Origin: Heterodontus francisci
Taxonomy: Eukaryota
Direction of reading: 5' to 3'
Length of the DNA: 64,000 bases
Assembly (NCBI RefSeq): GCF_036365525.1
Contig: NC_090411.1
Location: 21,405,259-21,469,258 of the forward strand
Positions 38,201 to 50,200 of the stretch are shown piece after piece (position 1 is the stretch's first letter; each line of letters begins with the position of its first letter). Both the position numbers and the translations under genes were made by a program. The notes beneath the pieces are model-generated. The model saw nothing but the letters and a program-made list of their open reading frames with translations, was not told the DNA's origin and made no database searches.

Positions 38201-41200
38201 TAAATTGACCATTATAAATTGTCCCTAGTATAGGTAGGTGGTAGGGAAATATAGGGATAGGTGGGGATGTGGTAGGAATATGGAATTAGTGTAGGATTAG
38301 TATGGATGGGTGGTTGATGGTCGCCACAGACTCGGTGGGCCGGAGGCCTGTTTCAGTGCTGTATCTCTAAATAAATAAAGTTCTTGCCTCTGATTGCGAT
38401 GCAATAACCTCAGCTGGGAAATGCATGTAAGAACATCAGTTGAGGACACAATCATGATTGGTTGTGAAACTCATATATGATTGTGGCGTGGTGGTAGTGG
38501 TAATGTCACTAAGCTAGTAACCCAGAGGCCCAGGCTAATGCCTTTGGGACATGGGTTCAAATCCCACCACAGACGCTGGAGTTTACATTCAATTAATTAA
38601 TAAATTCAATTAATTGATAAAAATCTGGAATTGAAAGCTAGTCTCAGTAATGGTGCCATGAAACTATCATCGATTGCTGTGGAAACTTTTCTGCTTCACT
38701 AATGTCCTTTAGGAAGAGCATTCTGTCGTCCTTACCTGGTCTGGACTATACACTACTCCAGACCCACAGCAATGTGGTTGACTCTTACCTGCTCTCTGAA
38801 ATGGATGAGCAAGCCATTCAGTTGTCAAGGCAATTAGGGATGGGCAACAAATACTGGCACTGCCAGTGACACCCACATTCCATGAAATAATTTTTTTTTT
38901 TGAAGCTGCATGTCATGAATGGGGCCAGGTATGAGGCAAGCCAGCACCTGTAGGACCTCGTCCAGCAGGACTTTTTTTTAATTTCCAAAATATACTTTAT
39001 TCATAAAAATCTGTAAAAAAAATACAAAACAGTTCCAAACAGCATCAAGTCAAAAAATACAGAGTGCAAAGGAGATCAGTTTCCTTCAATACAGGAGTGA
39101 GTTGCCTCACAACCCTTCCATTTCATTTTTCATACCATGTACATTTTACAGAAAACAAATGTTTTCTGGATCCAGTTCGAGGGGTTTTCCATGGATCCAT
39201 CAGTTCAGCTTGGTGGGGGTACCTTACACAGTGGTCTTTCCCCATTGAGCCTTTGCCGCAGCTGCCCCAAGCTTTAGTGCGTCCCTCAGCACGTAGTCCT
39301 GGACATTGGAATGTGCCAGTCCGCAACACTCGGTCGTGGACAACTCTTTGCACTGGAAGACCAGCAAGTTTCGGGCAGACCAAAGAGCGTCTTTCACCGA
39401 ATTGATAGTCCTCCAGCAGCAGTTGATGTCTATCTCAGTGTGTGTCCCTGGGAACAGCCCGTAGAACACAGACTCCTGTGTTACAGAGCTGCTTGGGATG
39501 AACCTCGACAAAAACCACTGCATCTCTTTCCACACCTGCTTTGCAAAGACACATTCCAGAAGCAGGTGGGCAACCGTCTCTTCCCCACCACAGCCACCTC
39601 GAGGGCATTGTGCAGAGGGGGTGAGACTTCGGGCGTGCAGGAAGGATCTGACGGGGAGGGCTCTTCTCACCACCAGCCAAGCTACATCTTGGTGCTTGTT
39701 TGAAAGTTCTGGTGATGAGACATTCCACCAAATGACTTTGGCAGTCTGCTCGGAGAACCATCCGACAGCATCTGCCATCTCCTTTTCCCGTAGGGCCTTG
39801 AGGACATTCCGTGCAGACCACTGCCTGATGGATTGGTGGTCAATGCTGTTTTTCCGCAGAAACTTTTCCATGAAGGATAGGTGGTACGACACAGTCCAAC
39901 TGGATGGAGCATTCCGCTGCAATGTGACCAGGCCCATCCTTCGCAATACTGGGGACAGATAGAACCTCAGCACGTAGTGACACTTGGAGTTTGCGTACTG
40001 GGGGTCTACACACAGCTTGATGCAGCCGCACACGAAGGTGGTCATCAGGATGAGGGCGATGTTGGGTACATTTTTCCCGCCCTCATCCAGAGGTTTGAAC
40101 ATTGTGTCCCTCCGGACCCGGTCCATTTTGGATCCCCAGATGAAGCGGAAAATGGCTCGGGTGACTGCCACGGCGCAGGAGTGGGGTATGGGCCAGACCT
40201 GCGCCACGTACAGCAACAACGTGAGCGCCTCGCACCTGATGATCAGGTTCTTACTCATAATGGAGAGAGATCGCTGCTCCCACATGCTCAGCTTATTTTG
40301 TACCCTGGCTACTCGCTCCTTCCAGGTTTTGGTGCAGCCCCGGCCCTTCTGAACCATATCCCCAGCACCTTCAGGTAGTCTGACCTAACGGTGAAGGGGA
40401 CAAAGGATCGGTCAGCTCAGTTCCCAAAGAACATGGCCTCGCTCTTGCCATGGTTAACTTTGGCTCCCGAGGCCAGTTCGAACTGGTCGCAGATGCTCGT
40501 CAGTCTGCGCACGGACAGCGGATCCAAGCAGAAGACGGCGACGTCATCCATGTACAGGGAAGTTTTCACCTGAGTGCTTCCACTGTCTGGGATTGTCACC
40601 CCTCTTATGCTCGCATCCTTCCTAATAGACTCAGCAAAGGGTTCAATACAGCAAACAAACAAGACCGGGTAGAGAGGACTGCCCTGTCTGACTCCAGATT
40701 GGATCGGGAAGCTTTCTGATTCCCAACCATTGATTGAGACTGCACTACTGATGTTTGTGTCGAGCAGTTTGATCCAATTGCAGATTCCCTCCCCAAACCC
40801 CATTTTGGAAAGCACGTCCATCATGTAGGTGTGCGATATCCTGTCAAAAGCCTTCTCCTGGTCCAGGCTGATGAGGCAGGTGTCCACTCTCCTGTCCCGT
40901 GCATAGGCAATCGTATCCCTGAGTAGTGCGAGACTATCAGAGATCTTCCTGCCGGGTACAGTACAGTACAGGTCTGATCAGGGTGGATCACCAACTCCAG
41001 AGCAGACTTGACTCGACTGGCTATGACTTTGGACAGAATCTTGTAGTCAACATTAAGCAGTGAGATGGGCCGCCAATTTCTGATTTCTGCCCTCTCCCCC
41101 TTCTGCTTGCATATGAGGGTGATGATGCCTTTCCTCATGGATTCTGACATGCTGCCGGCCAGGAGCATACTCTCGTATACTTCCAGCAGGTCCGGGCCGA

Positions 41201-44200
41201 CCCAGTCCCACAGGGCCGAATACAACTCAACCGGTAAGCCATCGCTTCCGTGAGTTTTACTCGTCTTGAAGGACTTGACGGCCTTTGTCAGCTCGTCCAG
41301 AGTTAGCGGCTTGTCCAGTCTCTCCCTCATGCTGTCATCTAAGACCTCTGTGATAGATGACAGGAAGGACTGGGAAGCTCTGCTGTCTGTGGGCTTCACG
41401 TCAGACAGCCCAGCATAAAAGGATTTGCTGATCCTTAGTATGTCGGACTGCGAAGACATTACCGAGCCATCTTCTTCCTCAGGCTTCTGATAACAGAGCT
41501 CTCTCTGTGTACCTTTTGGAAGAAGTAACGCGAGCACATCTCATCCTGCTCGATGGAGCGGACTCTGGACCGGAAGATGATCTTGGAGGCCTCCGTGGCA
41601 AAGAGCGAGGCCTGCTGGCTCTTCACCTCTTGGAGGTCCTCCTTGACCTCAACCCCCATCGACTGCAACCGGAGCAGATTTTGCATACTTTTCTGGAGTC
41701 GGGACATTTCCCTCTGTCTCTCTCTCGCCCTCTGAACCCCTTTGTGGATAAAGAACCTCTTGGTGTTCTCCTTGATCGCTTCCCAACAGTGAACTGGAGA
41801 CTCAAAGAGGGGTTTCACGGTCCTCCAACCTTTGTAATCCCTTTTGAGTTCCTCAACGTTCTCTGGGGTTAGCAGTGTAGCATTGAGCTTCCATGTCCCC
41901 CTACCAACCCGCTGGTCATCCTGTAAGTGACAGTTGGCCAGTCAGAGGCAATGGTTAGAGAAGAACACCGGCTTGACACCGGTGGATCTGACCGTGACAG
42001 CACGGGACACAAACAGGAAGTCAATCCTGGAACGGGCAGACCCGTCCGATCTTGACCATGTGTCTGCAGGTTTGCTGATGACGTCGTGCAGTTTGGCATC
42101 TTTAACTGTTTCTATTAGGAATCTGGACGTAGCGTCCAGTTTGCTGTCGTCTCTGCCAGATCGTCCAGCTGCAAGGATGATGCAGTTGAAGTCACTGCCT
42201 AGGATGACTGGCCTGGACGTCGCCAGCAGCAGTGGGAGCTGCTGGAAGATGGTCAGCTGCTCACTGCATTGAACCATCGCGTACACCGGAGCGGAGCGTT
42301 GTTGTTCATTACATCTGTTACGAGGAGGTGACCGCCCACCACCTCCTTAACTTCGGAGATGGTGAAGTTACCTCCCAGCAGCAGAATACCCAGGCCAGAG
42401 GAACGGCAATCATTAACCCCTGACCAGATCGATGGCCCGTGGGACCACCATCGCGACCATTGCCTGGAGGTGCTGAGGTGTGGTATTCCACACTCCTGCA
42501 GAAACAGTAGGTCGGCTTTGACCTTGGCGAGGTAATCCAAGGTTGAAACACATCGCGTAGTGGATTTAACGCTACGCACGTTAATTGAAGCAGTCTTTAT
42601 ACCCATTTTTAAGTTAGTTGTTGCTTCCCACACCATTTGTCCTTGCTAGTCCCAGTCCTTCAGTATGGTCCTGCATACCCATAGTATACGCAAGCTGCTT
42701 CATGATCGGTGGGCTCAGAAACCCCTCCTGGTTTTTCATGCAGGGTTTGTTCCGCTGGGGTGACATCGGAGGGGGATTCTCGTAGGCAGCAAGGATTGGG
42801 CTGTCCTCTGCTATTCCCCCTCAAAAACATCACTGCTCCCAGATCTGGAGCACGCCAGACGTGTCGTTGCTCTCGGTGTCCAGCAGGACAGTGGAGTAAA
42901 CCAGAAAAAAACACAGTATTCCAAAAAGCAGAATGCTTTAAAAAGGGATCCTACAGGTGAGACTCCTCTGCATGGTAATGGTGGGGTAGAAGGGTACACT
43001 TTTACATACTGATGTGAGGAACGTTAATGGGATGGAACTTTGCTCCACATTTAGTCCCCAGTGTCAGCGTCAAAATTATACTGAGTGTGGATTAGGTGCA
43101 CTGTAATTCAACCTCTTCTCTGGCCACAAATTACCATGAACCAACCTCAGAAAGCATCCTCCACTAAAACATTCTCACTTCTCACACCCACCACCTGGTA
43201 ACCTCTTAGATTATTAATAGTTGCTGAATGTAAGAGTATTTGCACTTCCCACAGTCAAACTGGGTTGATACAGTTTGATATAGTTTTCCTAAAGGTATTT
43301 ATAACGTGCAGAATGGAAACTCTCCACCCATTAGTCTGGGGAGACTTCAAACCCAGTTGATTAGAGTCAAGGTAGAGTTGTCTAACCTCGCTGGACTATT
43401 TAGTTTTGTATTTAAGAGTCAGTTAAGTAAACTAAAAACGAAAAGTCACTTACCTGTCAGTAAAGACCTGGGGAAATACTTCAGGAAAACGTAAATTGCC
43501 AGTGAAACCACAATGATTAGTGCAACTAAGACCACTGGTGTAACCCATTTGTGACGTAGTTCACTGACAGGGTTCACTTTAGGTAAATCTGTCCAAATAT
43601 AAAAAATTAGTGAGATATCGACATAAAGAAAACATGAATCAGTTCATTTTATCCACTTTTCCGCACAATGTTTGGAGATATGGGGCACGCAGTGAGTAGC
43701 AGAACAGGTTTTACCCTTGCAGTTATAAATTTTTAATATCAAAGTGCGCTGTATCCATGACTAGGAAACGATAGGCTAAGAATTTACAGTCAAAACAACA
43801 AGGGTGGCTAACGGCGCTCACCATTATTCATGCACAAAGCACACAGTAACTTTTGGGAAGGGCAGATGTACAGTTATACATGGAAAACTCTGTGCTATTC
43901 ATTTCATTATACCTCAATCTGATTGGTTACAGAGATACATAGTTACTTGCCCTGTTCACAGGTCCCAGGTGCCCTGGAGAGAGCATCATGCTGTTTCCGT
44001 GGCCCACTCCCAGTAACTAACCCTGCAAAATCTCCTGGAAATTAAATGGGCTATGGCAAGTTTAACCACTCAACAGCTATCTGGTCAGCCATGATCTCAC
44101 TGAGTGGCAGAGCAGGTTCGAGGGGCTAAATGCCTACTCCTGTTCCTATGTACAGTAAATTCTGGCTCCATGAGTTGGGCTACTTAAGTAAATCAATAAT

Positions 44201-47200
44201 ATCTGCACTTACGTCATGCCATCAAAATATCTCCAAATTCTACATACAATGAATAATGTTTTGGAATTCAATAACTATATGGTGTTATGCTGAGCTGTAC
44301 AGAACAAGAAAGTCCCACTGTGTGGTGTGGTACTGGGCTACACAGACCAGGTATCTGATTTGGGACCTTCCCACTTTATTCTATGTTACATCTAAGCCAG
44401 GAAGGTAGTGGAGGGTGCTACAACTGACCTCAATGCTCTTGGATGAGGGAGAAATAGAATCAGGCAGAGTTGCAAATCCTGACCACTAATTAATGATCCG
44501 AGGTATAATGGCTGTTGGGGTGAATGCAGGATTACATTCCCCTGATATCCCATGATGGGTCGAATAATATTGAAACTCACCGTTACAAGCCTCACATGTG
44601 ACGTTCAGGACAGTTGGGTTGCCACTAACCGTGGAACAGAACCTCGACATGTCAGGGATTCAAAAATATGAAAAGATGGCTGTCTATACTTGGGTTTTGT
44701 TTCCAAGGGGAAGGAAGTATTGATTAATTTTACTTACTCCAAAATAAGGTTGCAGTTTTATTCTCCTGGAGCTTGGCATTGTATATGGAGCAGGTAATGG
44801 AGTGTGATGTTGCTTGGATCCAAAGGATGGAGGTAACGTTGCACAATTCCTTTCTAGAACAATTAATGTGATTTACAACAGTCCTGTTGCCATCAAGAAT
44901 GTCTGTAATACTATTAGTCCAATGTACAGTTGGTTCTGGATAGCCACCCCATGAGGAGCAAATCAGCTTCACAAGTTCTCCATGACCCAGGTCTGTCTGC
45001 TTAGGTTCTACAGTCAACACTGGCTCTGTGTAGTGGGCTACAATTGCAAACCAAAAGGAACATAAAGTCCAGAAGTTAGTTGCAGAATTCAAGGGTCAGT
45101 TTCAACCTTACTTAAAGGCAGGATTGCATCACTCCCACAAAATAGAAAGTCATCCCACCAATTGAATGCAACACATTGCACATGTTGTCACCTGAGCAGG
45201 GATCGGAATCCTGACCTTGCATCTTCATTCCAGAGCTCCAGCACATGTTCAGTGCTGACGGAGCCCAAGTTCCAGGTTTTCCAATTGATCACTCCTTTTT
45301 CAGTATCCATTTATTAATTCAAACCAGATGGATCCAAAGCTACACTCACAAATAGATTACAGAGGGGAAAAATAGATACGGTGGTTGGATTAAAGTCCAG
45401 AATAAATGGAACTTAAATACACAGTCTGTGAAGTGGGTGATCCAGTAGTCCTCTGGCTGAAGCTGTATTCTTGAAGTCAGAAGGGACCCTAATGAAGTGT
45501 CCACAATCCAGGACATCGATAGGCTAGCAGAATGGGCAGAGAGGTGGCAGATGGAATTAATACTGACAAGTGTGAAGTGATGCATTTTGGCAGAAAGAAT
45601 AGGGGTCTGGCTGTCAGAAGTCAGAAGTGAGAGAAAGTAACTTGCTGAAACCAGTCGGTAGAAACTGTCAGCAGTGTAAAATGGGCAATAGAGGGAAATG
45701 ACATCAATAGAAATCACTCAGGAGGGAAAATGCAATCATTGAGCCATGACTGGCACAGCCTTCTCTTTTTAATTTATTGGATGTGGGTGCCACTGGTAAG
45801 GCCATCATTTAATGCCCATCCCTAACTGACCTTGAGAAGGTGGTGATGAGCTGCCTTCTTGACAACTGAGTGGCTTGCTGGACAGGGGGCAGTTAAGAGG
45901 CAACCACTTTGCTGTGGGTCTAGAGCCACATATCGGCCAGACTGGGTAAGGATGGCAAATTTCCTTCCCTAATGGACATCAGTGAAACAGATGGGTTTTG
46001 ATGACAATCCAATAGTTACATGGTCACCATTAATGATACTGGCTTTTTAATTCCAGATTTATTTAATTAACTGAATTTAAGATCCCCAGCTGCTGTGGTA
46101 AGATTTGACTGCATGTCTCCAGATAATGAGTCCAGGCTTCCGGATTACTAGTCCACTAACATAACCACTATGCTACTGTTCTCAACATGACAAACTGAAG
46201 GTAACAAATTCGATCGTGTGCCTCCTTAATGTCAGCTGTGGCTTACTGGGTAACACTTTTACCTCTAAGTCAGAAGGTGGTGGGTTCAGGTTCCACCCTA
46301 GAGACCTGAGCACAAACTCCAGGCTAACACTTCAGTGCAGTACTGAGGCAGTGCTGCACTATCAGAGGTGCCATCTTTCAGATGACACTTTAAGCTAAGG
46401 CCCCACATGCCCTCTTAAGAGGACATAAAAAAATCCCAGGACACCTTTTCAAAGAAAGGTAGGTGAGTTATCCCCGTGACCTGGCCAATTTTTATCGTTC
46501 AACCAACATAACTAAAAAACAGATTATCTGGTCATGAGCTCATTGTTGTTTATGGGATCTTGCTGTGCGTACATTGGCTGCAGCATTTCCTACAATACAT
46601 TAAACTTTATTAATAGAGGAAGGAAGGAAGTCATAAAACTGGTTAGGCCTCAGCTGGAGTATTTGTGTTCAATTCTAGGCATCACACGTCAGGAAGGATG
46701 TCAAAGCCTTAGAGAGGATCCAGAAGAGATTTAGATTAGATTAGATTAGAGATACAGCACTGAAACAGGCCCTTCTGCCCACCGAGTCTGTGCCGAACAT
46801 CAACCACCCATTTATACTAATCCTACACTAATCCCATATTCCTACCAAACATCCCCACCTGTCCCTATATTTCCCTACCACCTACCTATACTAGTGACAA
46901 TTTATAATGGCCAATTTACCTATCAACCTGCAAGTCTTTTGGCTTGTGGGAGGAAACCGGAGCACCCGGAGGAAACCCACGCAGACACAGGGAGAACTTG
47001 CAAACTCCACACAGGCAGTACCCGGAATCGAACCCGGGTCCCTGGAGCTGTGAGGCTGCAGTGCTAACCACTGCGCCACTGTGTCGCCCCTACCATTTAC
47101 TAGAATGGTACCAGGGATGAGGGAACTTCAGTTTTGTGGAGAGACTGGAGATTGTTCTCCTCAGAGCAGAGAAGGTTAAGAGGAGATTTGATAGAGGTGT

Positions 47201-50200
47201 TCTTTCCAGTGGCAGAAGGGTCAGTAACCAGAGGGACACTGATTTAAAGTGATTGCATTAAGAACCAGAGGTGACGGAGGATTTTTTTTTTTAACACAGC
47301 AAGTTGTTGTGATCTGGAAAATGCTGCATGAAAGGGTGGTGGAAACAGATTGAAAAGTAACATTTAAAAGAGACTTCATTAACAGCTAAGCTCAGGATGA
47401 TCATCAGATGAACAAAGGGGAAAGTCAGGAGACACTTTTTCCACAGAAGAGATTGCTGGAATATCAGTTTGAACTTTACGTGTACTTTACCACAAGTTAC
47501 ATCAAATGGATAATTTATTATGTGCAATAAATGCTGGCAGCACCCACATTCTGAGAATAAATATTAAAATAAGAATTTGCTTGAGGGGCTAAATGACCTA
47601 CTTTCATTCCTATTGAACACATCAAGGGCCAATAATCAAACCTGGGTTCTGTGATGTAATGTCTAATCTCAGTACCACAGTATGCTGTGCATTATACACC
47701 TCAGCTATTAAGGGTGCAAGTCAATTGCAACTATTAAACAAAATGTAGAAAACCTTAAGCCCATTTCTAAACTCTTGCATAAAACAGAGAAAACCTCCGA
47801 ACCCACTTGTCCCTTCTCCAGTTAGAACAGCAAAGTTTAGGAATGAGGGGATAGAGAAAGCAAAACTTTACCTGATACTTGCAATGTGACCACAATCGAT
47901 AGAACCACAGTGTACCCCAATATTGGCTGTTTCATCTGAATTATGCAAGTATAGTCAGCATCATCACTCACTTGGAGGTCAGACAGGAGGAGGGAAAAGT
48001 TGCCTTGTTTAAATTCTTCTGTAAAAAGTTTTGCTCTGTTGCCATAACTCTGGTTAGTTTGTTCTTGCCCTGAGTAAAAGGCATGGACGAAGTGGTCAGC
48101 CGTCTGCCAGTACACACGAATCTCATCATCAGCACGTTTTCCCACATCGCTATTCACACAAGACAGGAGGGCACTTTCCCCTACAATTCCTGAGACAGCA
48201 AGGGTGGACAGAGGAACTGGGGAACAAAAATAAAGAATATGTGATAGTGCAGTTTGCCGATAATCTGAGACCTGGAAATGGAATAAACAGTGAGGAGGAT
48301 TGTAACAGGCTAATAAAGAGGCATTAGGAATGCTAGCTGTACTTAAAGTTGATAAGTTATCAGGACTGGATGGGATGCATCTGAGGATACCTGGAAGTAA
48401 GAGATATTGCAGAGGCACTGGCCATAGTCTTCCAATCCTCCTTAGACATAGTGGTATTCGCTGATGGTGCCAGAAGACTGGAGAATTGCAAATGTTACAC
48501 CCTTGTTTAAAAAAGGGTGTTTGGATAAATCCAGCACTACAGGCCAGTCAGTATAACCTCAGTGGTAGGAAAGGTTTTAGAAACGATAATCCAGGACAAA
48601 ATTAACAGTCATTTGGATATATGTGGATTAATTAAGGAAACCCAGCACGGATTCGTTAAAGGAAAATCATGTTTAACTAATTTGATTCAGTTTTTTGATG
48701 AGGCAACAGAGAGGGTTAATGAGGGTAATGCAGTTGATGTGATGTACATGGACTTTCAAAAGGCATTTGATAAAGTGCCACACAACAGGCTTGCCAGCAA
48801 AGTTGAAGCCCACAGAATAAAAAGGACAGTGGCAGCATGGATATAAATTTGGCTGAGTGACATGTAACAGAGAGAACTGGCAAATGGTTATTTTTCGTAG
48901 TAGAGGAAGGTATACAGTGATGTTTCCCAGGGATTGCTACTAGAATCATGGTTTTTCTTGGGATATATCAATGACCTAGACTCAGGTGTACAGGGCACAA
49001 TTTAAAAATGCAGATGGCACAAAGCTTGGAAGTATTGTGAACTGTGAGGAGGATAGTGATAGACTTCAAGAGGACATAGAAAGGCAGGTCGAAAGGGTGG
49101 ACTCGTGGCTGATAGCAATCCTAACATATTGACTTTGAAAGAAAGAAAACCCTCAAAGAGTAAATTGGCATCCTGGGGCATGTGGAGTCAATTCCTAACG
49201 TTGAGTTTCATTAGAAGGTTCCAGAAAACCTGAAGCAGCCATGTGACTAGCTGTCCATCTCATGGGAAAGCTGGTTTTGTTTCCTTTGGACAAAGAGACA
49301 AGAAGAAACTGAGATTGCAGCAGCAGAGAAAGTTGTAGGCTTCCCTTTCTCTCTCTCTCTCCCCAGAAAACATCCAGTTTGAAAACCGTCTGCGACTGTG
49401 GACCCTCCAAGCCTATAGACTGCTACAGCCAGCAACTAGGGGAAGAGAGCCAACTACAATTCTGCCTTCAAGAAAACCCTTAGCAAAGTAGGCCAATCTC
49501 AAAGTGCACTTTGACCAGCGAGGACTTCAAGAAATAAAAACAAAAAATGCTGGAAAAACTCAGCAGGTCTGCTAGCATCTGTGGAGAGAGAAGCAGAGTT
49601 AACGTTTCAGGTCAGTGACCATTCATCAGAACTGGCAAAGGTTAGAAATGTAATAGGTTTTAAGCAAATAAAGCGGGGGTGGGGCAAAAGATAACACGAG
49701 GGAAGGTGTTGATAGGACATAGGGTCACAGAGAATAACTGACCAAAAAGTCATGGAGCAAAGGCAAAGGGTGTGTTAATGGTGTGGTGAAAGACAAAGTG
49801 TTAGTGCAGAGAGGGTGTTAAATGACGGAATAATGAACAGCCCTGGCCAAAAGCACAAACATGAAAAAAACAGCGGGCAGGCACATGGTAAAAAAATTGA
49901 ATGACGAAACAAACTAAAATAAAATAAAAAGAAAAAATAAAAATAAAAAGGGGGGGCAGTCATGCTCTGAAATTATTGAACTCAATGTTCAGTCCGGTAG
50001 GCTGTAGCATGCCTCATCAGTAAATGAGGTGCTGTTCCTTGAGCTTGGATTGATGTTCACTGGAACACTGCAGCAATCCCAGCACAGAGATGTGAGCATG
50101 ACAGCAGGGGGGAGTCTTAAAATGGCAAGTAACAGGAAGCTCGAGGTCATGTTTTCAGACTGAGCGAAGGTGTTCCGCAAAGCAGATCTGCGTTTGGTCT

